A DNA stretch of 63,774 nt, counting the filler, from Reticulomyxa filosa (taxonomy: Eukaryota; Protista; Foraminifera), in assembly GCA_000512085.1 (NCBI GenBank). It is 20 parts of 20 records of this genome, joined end to end, with 100 filler letters (N's around TTAATTAATTAA, not from the genome) between each part and the next. Parts side by side here need not be neighbours in the genome. Positions count along the whole stretch, not along the records: positions 9,007 to 19,473 come from ASPP01007751.1; positions 19,574 to 21,213 come from ASPP01023566.1; positions 21,314 to 22,313 come from ASPP01044559.1; positions 22,414 to 23,941 come from ASPP01022458.1; positions 24,042 to 25,768 come from ASPP01032846.1; 15 more parts are not named here. One strand, given 5' to 3'. How positions within the stretch are numbered: the stretch's first letter is position 1; each line of letters starts with the position of its first letter. Below, piece by piece: positions 14,411 to 25,868 of this stretch. The translations under genes were made by a program, and so were the position numbers. Below the pieces are notes generated by a model. The model was not told the DNA's origin and did no database searches. It saw nothing but the letters and a program-made list of their open reading frames with translations.

Positions 14411-15320
14411 GTTATAATGTAGGATGAATGACAACTTAAATGTAATACGAAAAGTTATTACTGTAATGAACTTTCAATAAAACAAAAGTAAACTAAGTAA
14501 GAAAATAAGTCACTATACATAAGAAAAACAGTAAAATAAGAAATAAGTAAAATACTTTGGTGTACGTGAATGAGAAAAGTTTTGTAACAGACAAGTTCAA
14601 GTCAATTAACACTTAGATCATAGTTGTACTGCGTTGACATAAATCATAATATCTTTGACTCATCAAGGTAACATTACTGACTATTGGCACATTATCGATT
14701 ATTGAAGCACAATTGCTTCATGCAAGTACATAATTTTATTATTTGAATTGATTCAGTTCAGCTGACTTATCATCTGAGTTCAGTTTTCTTAATTTCGACA
14801 TTATAATGTTTTCTGAAACTTTTTTACTTTTTATTACTACATTACGTGTACTGTTTGCTTGACGATAACATATACAGACAAATTTTGGCAAAAGTTTTGA
14901 TTTGTTACAATACGCGTTGATATCCAATGAACATCAAAACAAGTTATATAACTTTAAAAGTGTCATTGTATTTTTGTTTATTTTCAAATTTTTTGCGCTT
15001 GTTATTATAGATATAGTTTGCTTCATTTGCATACTATATCAACATTTTCAATTATGTTTCAAGTTGTTAGTAAGTAATGTTACATGATTTAAAGATTTTA
15101 TGATTTGTCGCAGCGCAATACTAACTGTGAACTAAATATTAATTGATTTTATTATTTTTATCATTAAAATTTCACATTCATGCCCACCAAAGTATTTCAC
15201 TGTTTCTTTTATATTGTGTATATTGATTTATTTTCTTAATTAGTTTACTTTTGTTTTATTGAAAGTTTATTACATAAAATAATCTTTCATATTGCATTTA
15301 AGTGACATTCTTCATATAAC
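14411..15320. repeat. Imperfect long inverted repeat (arms about 14411-14578 and 15168-15320), foldback/MITE-like
   Basis: The arms share AACTTTCAATAAAACAAAAGTAAACTAA.TAAGAAAATAA and AAATACTTTGGTG in opposite orientation; a further copy lies at about 15405-15480. Confidence 0.75.
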
Positions 15321-16091
15321 AATTGAAAAAAAACAAGTAAGTGTAAGTGACAAATAAATATATTTTTTTAATATAGTGTGGGACGTCTGCTGCTGATAAG
15401 AGACTTCACTGAATGTAATACGAAAAGGTTTACTCAAACAGAGATCGGTTTTCGACAAAACAAAAGTAAATTAAGTAAATGAAAGATTAATGACAAACAA
15501 AGATTGAAGAAAGTTAGTGTGGAAATTTAACACAATGTAGGGGCTAATAAACTATTTCAGTCGTATATATTATTGACTTGCAATACAATAGTATTTTCAA
15601 TCTTATTTCATGATCAAAATATTAACAAAATAGTCAATTTATTTTAAAAATTTAATTTAAATTTGAGTTTATTTATGTTTGTATAAACATCTGCCACTTG
15701 GCGTCTTTTCCAAAAACTGTGATGAACTAACTTAAAAAACAAGAATCTTGTCTAAGTGCGATATTGCGCCAAAAAATATTTGTTAAATTCTAAAAAATTT
15801 TTAGAATTTTTATTGATTAAATCCAAATTTATTAAAAAGCTATAAAAAAAAATATCAAAAAATTTAAAAAAATGTTCGAATATAGTAGTGACAAAAATGT
15901 TCAATATAAAAATCAGCATAAAAAAAAATTTAATGCATATATCACTAGCCAGACGTTGCGAGTTTCTACAAGTAAAAAAATTTTTTACGTAGAATTATCA
16001 TAGTGCATATGGTAGCCGTACATAACGTTTTTAAAAAAATCTATGAACTAAAAACTTTTTCTATATAGCCAATTACATCATTTCTTGAGCT

Positions 16092-17481
16092 ATGGCAGAA
16101 TCAATAAGTGTGAAGTGTTGTGTAACGGGCGATGGCGCTGTTGGAAAGACAGTTATTTTTTTTGGTGTAGCTGTGTACATGTTTACAAGCAGCTTAAAAA
16201 ACGTGATGCTTGCCAACATAGTGTTTGTTGAGTTGCTACGCGAAGAATCAGTTCCCCGAAGAGTACATCCCAACAGTTTTGTTTGTGTTTATTTGAAGCC
16301 ACATATAAAAAACGATATCTCGTATGTATGCGTGATTTCAGGTATTCGATAACCAGAGCACAATGGTAATTTTTTTTTACAACCCTTTTTTTTTAACATA
16401 GTTTTCTTTTAAAAAAAAGTACGAGAACACAAACAATTCTAAAGCACTAACCAATCAATATCACAAACAAATCAACAAATAAGGTAATGTGTGATGGAAA
16501 AGTAGTCAATCTTCAATTGTGGGATACAGCAGGCCAAGAAGGTAGGATTGAGTTGTTTTCAAATAAAGAGAATACGTTATTTCTATTATTACAATAATAA
16601 TTACATGTTAATGGTGGTGTTGCATGTTTTCAGATTATGATCGATTGAGACCATTGAGTTACCCAGGAACTGATGTGGTAATGATATCTTTGCAAACATG
16701 CAATTAAAGAAAAGGAGAAAAAAAAACAAAATCTAAAATGATCTCTGTTCCGTATTACATATATGTATATATATTTTGTCGGATTTGGGGGTTCTCAGTT
16801 TTTGGTTTGTTTTTCGGTTATTTCCGAGAGCTCGTTTTCCAATGTAAAAAGCCGATGGTACCCGGAACTGAAACGTTTTGAATTATATTTTATTTGCACT
16901 TTTTGAGAGACATGAGAACTGTTGATATTTATAAAGCTTGAGAAGCAAAAGAGTTGAGTTTTTGTATGTTAATTGCCCCTCTCTAAAAAAAAAAAAGGAT
17001 CATTGCCCAGATGCTCCAATTATCTTGGTTGGCACCAAGATTGATTTGAGAGATAATACCAAAGTCATTGCAGAAGTTTTGTCTAGGGTCCCTTTTTTTT
17101 CTTAAATATTATCATACTTGTGAGGAGGGGGGGATCTCGAACATGCCAACCGGAAAAAAAAAATATTTGCAATAAATAGTTGAAAGAAGTTGGGCAAGTC
17201 TCCTATTTCACCGGAGGAAGGAACACGCTTAGCTAAAGATATTAAAGCTGCTGCTTATGTTGAATGCAGTGCAAGAACGATGTTTAATTTGGTAGAGGTT
17301 TTTGATAAAGCCGTCAGGTTAGGTATTTTTAATTTGTGTACATATGTATATAGATTTTTTCTTTACTACGATGATGCACTGCTTTTTGAAATGGTTTAAT
17401 ATGTTTGGACACTGGACACACAGGGCCCATTTCAACAAAAAAGATAAACACATAAAATCTCGTGGTTGTGCTGTTTTATAA
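16092..17481 (+). CDS. RAC: Rac/Rho-family small GTPase, about 9 exons, C-terminal CAAX (CAVL)
   Basis: GDGAVGKT, FPEEYIPT|VFDN, LQLWDTAGQE|DYDRLRPLSYPGTDV, IILVGTKIDLR, YVECSA, SRGCAVL*. Confidence 0.95.
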
Positions 17482-18599
17482 GGAAATATGTTTGAAACGG
17501 ATTAGAGTGTAATATTTTATCCGGTGTACTTTGCTTTGATGTTGATTTTGTTGTTTTGCTTGAATTGTAGCGAAAGGGAAAAATAAACAAGTGAGTGTTT
17601 TTTGATTTTACAATTTGGAAAGTTTTGAAGAGAAATATTGATTATCTGCTACTGCTATCAATTTCACTTTTATGAGGTAATAACCTCTCACTGTTAAATG
17701 TGTGAAAAGTGATTGTTGTTTGCATGATAATTTACAACAACAATTTTTGCAAGGAGGTGATAGGATAAAATACCACGGACCTGCAAAGCGTGGACATAAA
17801 AAAATTTAGAACGTGATGGTCCATTGTAAAGAAGACACCTAAGTAAATATGAATTGTGATATTCACATCGTTACGTTTTAGCATGCAAATTGAAGTCATA
17901 AATGCGCAGACCAAAAAAAAAATTTCATAACTACAAAAAATCAAACAGTAAAATTATTTGTTGCTAGAATAATGATAATTTCCAGTTGCAGAACAAAGGA
18001 GACAAGCAATGCAATCTTGCAACATGATCACTTACGAATAAAACAAGTCAATCATCACAAGCTAAGGAACAGTTTCAACTTAAATTGTAAAAGAAATCAT
18101 ACCTGAACCATGTTCTCCTTGATTGCATTTTGTCAATCGCCAAGTTAAGCACTGACCACAAAACTTTTGACAGCGATTAAAGCAGCTAACATTCCTAAAC
18201 TTAGACAACTTCAAATGTATTGCTTCTTCTCAAAACTTATCGTAGAACCTTGAAAGTCTCGTCAAAGTTTCTTCATTGCATGAGAAAGGGGTTGAACATA
18301 TACTTAGATTTATTTATTTTTCTGCGCTACAATGCTTTTGAATTTCACATGTTATAATTCCACTGAACAAAAAAAAAATTAAATTTCTTTTTTCAAATAT
18401 GAAAATTTATCATTGCAAAATAATAATTTTTTAAATTACAAATATGATAGTCATTATTTTAAAAAAGTGTGATTCATGTGTAATTTTTCAGAACAACCAT
18501 ATTTTAAAATTAAACATATTGACATATATACATTTTCGTACTGCATATGCAAATATGTATAGTTTTTTTATACATATACTAATATATGAATATTGAGAC

Positions 18600-19260
18600 G
18601 ACTATATGTAATAAGAAAGGAACTTCCAAAAAGCAACTTCAGTAAAAGGAAACTAATTAACAAAAATAATTTCAACACAATAAAGGAAAACAATAAAGAA
18701 AACACAAAAGTGAGTTGAGTCTTGAAGATAGTGTAGAGATATTCAAGAAAGAGATCTAAGCTAAACTAAAACGTACAAGAAAATTTAGAATAAAAAGATT
18801 GAATGTTTTATGAGTTGAGTTATTAAAACTCTGGAGTCAGTTATGACTCATGTATTACTACAACATAGTTTGCTTAATGTCATAATTCAATAAACTGTTA
18901 AAATGTCGTTTTTGTTGATATTAAGTTAGTTTTTATGCATGCTGCAAGAACAAGTCCAAACGAGGAAAACAATATTCACTTTCTTTTACTTCTTTTGTGT
19001 TGTTTTCTTGTCATTGTGCTGACTACTCTTTTATTATTTTAAATACTCTTGTTTTCTTTTGAAAACTTATTCAGAAAGCCGCTTTCGTATTACACTTGAC
19101 GCTATTGTAGGAAGATTGATGTAGCACCAAGTGTAATAAAAAAGTAATTACTGAAAGGTGTTTTCAAAAAGCAAACAAAAGTAGTTAATAATCAAGATAA
19201 ACAACGCACTGACAAGAAAGAAGAAAACAGAAAAGCGAAAGAAGAAAGACAGTGAAGTTG
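18600..19260. repeat. Second, more diverged cluster of the same repeat family, with a hairpin centred near 19113
   Basis: TGTAATA.(G/A)AAA-initiated units at about 18606(+), 19096(-) and 19131(+); TTACACTTG...CAAGTGTAA stem. Confidence 0.55.
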
Positions 19261-19619
19261 TTGAGGAAAAAAGGGCTCCTTCGTTCATATGAAGCTTCTA
19301 CTGTAATTAGTAGGGCATTGCACTACAAACGTGTGTACACAACTCAAAAATTATTTAATTGTTTTTAATATGAACAAATTTCGTTGCAAATTTTTTTTGC
19401 AGCATATCTTGGTCATACTTTTGGCTTCACAGAATATTTTCCAACGCCCACAGATTTTTAACGTTTGTGTCTANNNNNNNNNNNNNNNNNNNNNNNNNNN
19501 NNNNNNNNNNNNNNNNNTTAATTAATTAANNNNNNNNNNNNNNNNNNNNNNNNNNNNNNNNNNNNNNNNNNNNAAAAAAAAAAAAAAAAATAATATATAT
19601 ATATATGTATACGTATATA

Positions 19620-20301
19620 TGTAAATCAACTTCTTGTTTGCGATCGATCAATCGGATTTGGTCTAAAGTGTTAATGGAAGGAGAAAGCCCCCCGTGGACA
19701 CAAAAAACTCGATCGCCAATCATGGCCGACAGAGACAAGTAGTCGAAAATGTCAGTGCAATAGCGCCATACATTGACGCTTCCAAATTTGCGCATGCACT
19801 CTTCGTAGAACCCATATACCTGCGTTATTTGTCTTGATTCGTGGTTCCCTCGGATCAATGTTATTTTGCTAGGATAGCGCACCTTCAGCGCTAACAGCCA
19901 TAAAAATGTTTCCACGCTGTTGTACCCTCTGTCTACAAAATCTCCCATGAACAGATAGTTGCAACTCGGAATTTCGCCACCTACTTTGAACAGCTCTCGT
20001 AAGTCGTAAAATTGGCCGTGGATATCTCCACATATCTTTTTTTGTTTGTTTCATCTTATTCTAAAAAAAAGCATAAATATATTTTAAAAATTTTCTTATC
20101 TTTTTTTTTTTACTCTTTTACAATGACTGGGGGGTTTATTCGTTGGACGTTCGATTCTTCCATCAGTATTTCCAACGCTTTTTGACACAGTGCCTTCACT
20201 TGGGCCTCTGTTAGATATTGACAATTCTGCAGCTGCTCTAACTGTATATCCAAGTCTTTACTGCCACCATCGATCTTTTTTGATTCTGTCGCTTGGGTCA
20301 T
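19620..20301 (-). CDS. PPP4C: Serine/threonine protein phosphatase 4 catalytic subunit, 3'-truncated by contig edge
   Basis: [24 protein letters not shown]; the PP4-type segment [22 protein letters not shown] and [14 protein letters not shown]. Confidence 0.88.
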
Positions 20302-20714
20302 CACTTTTTATATCCACAATATTTGATTAATGTTTGGAAAATAATGCTTGAAAGGATTTTTTTTTTACGTTCCTTTTTTCTTTAGCAACAACCAAGTCGA
20401 GGCAGTGCTGATCAAGACATTTCATGTTTTTTAGAGTCAATAAAGAAACAAGCACACAAAATCACTACAACTCAAAAAAAAAATTGTCAAAAAACTTGGA
20501 GGTTTTGTTATCTTTCTAAACATGTTGTCAAAAAGGTTTAGTGCTGTGACAAGCGTTTTTCAAGCTGTCAACCTTTTTGAACACGAAAAAAATTGGTTGT
20601 AACTACCGAGTGTGTTATTATAACCGTTTCGGCGTCGTTCTGTGCGTTATTTTCGCAGAATTGTTTCAATAATTTGTTTTTGAAGATACGGATTTAGCGT
20701 TGTGTCAAGCACAA

Positions 20715-21052
20715 ATGAAGACCTTTTTTCAAAAATTTATGTTTGTGTTGGGTCTTTGCATGCTATGGTGGCAAGTAGGGTCTGCTCAACGCAACCCAAG
20801 CCTGAGTCCATGGACATGTTAAGTGTTGTAAAACCGGAAGAACAAAACAAAGCAAAAACAGTAGCAAATAAAAGTTGCAACTACATAAAAAGAAGGAATG
20901 TTTTGTATGTATCAAACTTAAAGATTACAAATTTACAACGTATTATACCGGGGTGACGTACTTGTCGGGTTACTACGTGAAGAATCATACAAAAGGAGTT
21001 TACACGGGCAGTTGTGGGACCCTGGACTGCGGTTCAACATGTTATTGGAATG
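20715..21052 (+). CDS. Putative secreted Tyr/Cys-containing protein, first two exons
   Basis: MKTFFQKFMFVLGLCMLWWQVGSA signal peptide; a phase-1 GT-AG intron joins to YKFTTYYTGVTYLSGYY...GSCGTLDCGSTCYWN. Confidence 0.6.
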
Positions 21053-21350
21053 GTGAGTAAGCATTTTGTGTCGTTGCGTGTTGTAAAAAGCAATTGTTTC
21101 TATAATATTCTTTTTTTTTTTTTTTTTTTTTTTTCCTCAGAAGGGACTGGCACAAACAAAAAAAAAATAATTGAGGGTCGATTTAAAGAAAAATTATGTA
21201 TGCATACATGTATNNNNNNNNNNNNNNNNNNNNNNNNNNNNNNNNNNNNNNNNNNNNTTAATTAATTAANNNNNNNNNNNNNNNNNNNNNNNNNNNNNNN
21301 NNNNNNNNNNNNNAAAAAAAAAAAAATCTAAATCTCGGCAATTCAGTCAA

Positions 21351-21902
21351 ATGAATATATTTTCTTCTAAAACAAGGACTTTATACGCGTCTGCAGTTGT
21401 TTCGAGAGTAATATTGGAACCATTCAGCGCGTTTGAAATTAATAAGAACGAAATGCACTTGGCAGCCGACGAACTCGAAAGCAACGACGCTGATATTTTG
21501 GCGGTATGGTTGTTGAGTCGCCCGATTCCAGAAATTGCACGAAAAAGATTTCAGCATTGGTGCATACAAATACACACAGGGAGGACAATAGTGATTCTAG
21601 ATTTTGCAGAAAAAGACAAGAAATGATGTATCACTTGTTCCCTGAAGAACGCGGTAATAAGAAAGAAAAAAAATATACATCTACATGCCACAAATGTAAG
21701 GATTGGGTAAAAAGAGAAATTTTTTGGTTGATAAAATGTAAGGTAAGAAGCACTGCATTGGACAGCGCCTGTATTATGAAATTTTGAACCTTTAAAAGAG
21801 TATGATATAATATCGACCATATTGCCAAAATTAACGCAAATGGGAGAAAGGATTATGGCGGGATCAAACGACAAAGAAACTCCAAAGTGGTATAAAAAGT
21901 AA
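21351..21902 (+). pseudogene. Frameshifted coding fragment, possible permuted papain-fold (PPPDE/LRAT-like) remnant
   Basis: FQHWCIQIHT..IVILDF followed by a broken EYDII..YCQN segment; stops and frameshifts. Confidence 0.3.
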
Positions 21903-22519
21903 CCACTCCTGCTGGGAGTAACCACAATGCACTATGATAAGGCGAGTTACCTACCAATAAAAAAAATGTCCCCAATTCCTCCATTAATAGCTGCTTGTCA
22001 TATTCCCTTGAATTCTTTGGAATGTGGTTTTGTGACTCCAATGTCACTGTTAGATTCGTCTCGTTTGTTCCGTTGCCTTGCACGCACACCGGGTCCACCA
22101 AAAATATCTCTTCACATGTCTTCCATTGTGGACCCCATGGAGCCAGTCGGCTGAATAAAAGTAATATCAACACACATACTATACCCAACCATCCACTTCG
22201 GAACCGGTTGAAAAAAAAATCCACCGGAAATAGTGGAAACAAACCGTAGTATTGTAGATGGCTTTGACAACAATTTTCATCCCTTTCTTCACTTGTAAAT
22301 ATACAAGATGATGNNNNNNNNNNNNNNNNNNNNNNNNNNNNNNNNNNNNNNNNNNNNTTAATTAATTAANNNNNNNNNNNNNNNNNNNNNNNNNNNNNNN
22401 NNNNNNNNNNNNNACTGGTTATTGGCTCGAATGTACAGGTAGGATATAATATATATGTTAATGTATGCACTTACTTTATATTTTTTACTTGTAACATGCA
22501 AGTGTATTTTAAAAAAAAA

Positions 22520-23830
22520 ATAGAAATAGAATCGTACGAGTCATCGCAGCAACACATTGACGTGTTGCTAAATGCCATGGACGCAGTGAACAGGTGCTGC
22601 TGTCGTTGAACGAGAGGAAGTTCAAAGAGGCGCACGCGAACTGGAAGTATCTGAAGCAAATTAAGCTGGAAGGGAAGGACCGCACCACAGTGAGCAACGT
22701 GTTGTATCGCGAGTACATCCACACATATTACTACTCGCACTTGAATCGCATGCAAGAAGCGACGCGAGTGTTTGACAAGTTGAAGACCAATGTGCCTCCG
22801 GACGTATCGTAACACCATTTGATTTTGGACAAATCGCAATCGACTTTCGTGTACATATATGGCATCTACTCGTTCTGCAAGTGTGATTTTCTTATTGCAA
22901 ATTGCGATATTATTCATACGGTAGCTGCGATGCATTGCGCAATTGGAGACTGGAAGGATGTCAAGAGGGCAGTGCTCATGCGCTGTCGACTTCCACAGCC
23001 ACGGACACCAACAGCAGGTGGGATATGTTGATCGAACATAAGAATGACAGGTCATCGAAAAAAAGCAGATGAAAAATCACCGACGATATCTCGCAGAAAT
23101 TCTATCACAAGTCCGAATCTTTATCACTGTAACTGTTTCAACTATTATACGTATACTTTATTCTCACGTTTGAACAAATACTTTTTTCTTTAAAAAAAAA
23201 AGTGGAACAAAGTATGATCGTCATGAACTTTTTTTTAAAAAGGATTTATGAAACATTCTTCGATACAATGTATTCGTACAAATGCGGATAACAACATCAT
23301 TAAGTGTGACGTTGATAATACTAATGATATACAAAGTGAGTCTTACAACCGAAGTGAAAGAGACCCTTTGGCATACGTACTACTACACAACAGTCCTTCG
23401 TCATCAAGCGAAGCCCAGTTCGTTCGCTTTCGCATCTTTGCTGCCGTCTTTGGTCTCGTCGATGTTCTTTTCACTACTGTTTGTTTTTTTAAAAATACAT
23501 TGTATACACAATACTACATATTCATATATATGTATATTGTTGTTACAATTGGATCTTATTATAATTTGAGTTTGAGATGATCAAATGAATGGGGGAAAAA
23601 AAAGGCTTGGCTTTTGGTCGGCAAACTGTTCAAATTTGTTAGCGCGACGATTCGAGAACGCACTCCAACAATTGGTCTCAGCTTCATCAAACCACAAAAG
23701 ACCAAAACGATATCTTGTTCTTGGCCGTCAAATTGGTCACCTTGATTATCGTGTCCGTCATTTACGGACTCATTTCCTTGTTTTTCATTGTCGCGCTTAA
23801 TGAAGCGGGTGCTCCTCAAATCGTTAACAT
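22520..23830 (+). pseudogene. Disrupted alpha-helical/TPR-like gene, possibly MAU2/Scc4-like
   Basis: GC-richer coding-like sequence with an in-frame TAA at 22810-22812 and frameshifts; NRMQEATRVFDKL...FVYIYGIYSF. Confidence 0.35.
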
Positions 23831-24041
23831 TGTTAATTTTGTTTGTGTATATACGTATTTTTGTGAATATTATTATATATTTATATAAATGTATATGTAC
23901 ATATATGTAATAACATGAATGTGTAAATAAAAATTGATTTANNNNNNNNNNNNNNNNNNNNNNNNNNNNNNNNNNNNNNNNNNNNTTAATTAATTAANNN
24001 NNNNNNNNNNNNNNNNNNNNNNNNNNNNNNNNNNNNNNNNN

Positions 24042-25000
24042 TACGTTATTATAAGGATATTGCACCATTCCATCGATGTGCATATATGTATAGTAATGAT
24101 GTTGTATTGCTCTTTGGTGGATTGAATGGTGGTTTAGGTGGCAAATATATTGTTTCAAGAACTGTACATAAGTATTTAATCAGAGAAAATATATGGATGA
24201 AATCTGAATTTACTTTGCCTATTTCATTGTGTAATTGTTTTGGAGTATTGAGTGAGGATAACACTTGTATACATATTATTGGAGGGAATCATTATGAAAA
24301 TAAACCAGTGCCAATACATATAAAGACAAATGTGATAACATGGTGTGATGTTTCACAATTGGTAAATTTCTTTTCAGTTTTTTTTGAATCAAATACAAAT
24401 AAATTTTATTTAAAAAATAATCAATAGTCAACAAATGAAATGAAACGTATCATACAACATTGGGTTAAAATAGCAAAGATAAAATTGGGATGGATCAATG
24501 AGTTTAACGAAATTATTATTAAATATGTTAACGAATATACTTTCTTTTTCCTATGTAAATGATTACTATGCATAATTTACATTTTCAAATAGGTAAGAGA
24601 TTTTAAATTTTTGAGGGGTTTTCCAGTATGTAAAGATGGAGTGAATAGTGTAGCATTTTCTGCAGATGGTAGCAAGATTGTTTCAGCATTACATCACTAT
24701 AATGTTCAAATATGGGATGTTGAATCGAGAAAACTACTTCAAAATTTCGAAGAACATACCAGTTCAGTCTCTGTTGCAAGATTTTCACCAAATGAACACA
24801 CTATTGTTTCATGTTCAAACGATGGAACAATTCGATTATGGGATGCTAATGCAGGAACTGAAATAATAATATTTAAAGAGATTTGAATATAATATGTAAG
24901 TACGCAATTTTCGCACGATGGTAAAATGATCGTATCGTTATCAACTGATAGAATAATTTGTATATGGGATATAGAATTTGGTGAAGAAGAATTTTGTAAC
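24042..25000 (+). pseudogene. Kelch - LGWI module - WD40 gene, 5'-truncated, WD40 part disrupted
   Basis: VLLFGG...IHIIGG Kelch exon; 99-nt exon 24428-24526; WD repeats FSADG, FSPNE..TIRLWD; in-frame stop at 24884-24886 with WD-like sequence continuing beyond. Confidence 0.8.
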
Positions 25001-25868
25001 ATTGACGTGATTAACTATACAATATTTTATCAAATAAACACAAATGAAATATTTTCACAAATAGCATCTATTATCCCATCTGGAAAAATTTGAGAAATGA
25101 TTTAATTCATTTAATACGATATAAACAATTAAGTTAATTGTTGATTTTTTACAATCAAGGCAACTGTTTCATTATTTATGTTTTAAACATTTGCAATGGT
25201 TGTGGTGAATAGTTTGTCATTCCGATCTTTGTTATGACAGTTAAACCATAACACAAATTAATACGATAACAATTATTGCTCTTAGTTTCCTTTTTTTTTT
25301 CATTTTAAATTGTATAAATTTACGAGAAAATATTCTATTTTCTTCTTTAGTCATATGCAATTGCCTCTTATTTACTCGAATATCTCAAGAACGAATGTGA
25401 TTCAGAACATATCACATTTGAATTACCACTGCTGTTCTTCACGCAAAGGTAGACTATTTCTCAAGAGCCTTTTTGTATTGCTTTGTTATTGTGTGATATT
25501 CAATGAATATCAGTTGATTATAAGCATAAAAAAAAAGAAAATTATTCTCCATTTAATTATCCGTTCAGTAAAAACAAAGTTTTTTCAAAAAAAAAAAGAA
25601 TGAAAAAAACTCAAAAAATGAATTAAAGACTTGATAATTTATTATTTGTTATTTCATATAATTTGAAAATAATTATGATCATTCAAAATTTATTTAATCT
25701 ACTGTATTTAAAAATAATTTGATTAAAATCTTCGATCCATCCTAATTTTATCTTTAAAATTCGAACCCNNNNNNNNNNNNNNNNNNNNNNNNNNNNNNNN
25801 NNNNNNNNNNNNTTAATTAATTAANNNNNNNNNNNNNNNNNNNNNNNNNNNNNNNNNNNNNNNNNNNN

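Noticed and set aside
22810-22812. In-frame stops as evidence of a variant genetic code or readthrough
   Set aside because: Conserved genes here end normally in TAA or TGA with no internal stops; stops occur only in regions that also have frameshifts
22471-23055. Long antisense ORFs (also 26694-27284, 27038-27562, 4590-4982)
   Set aside because: Shadow ORFs opposite real or decayed coding sequence; no recognisable motifs
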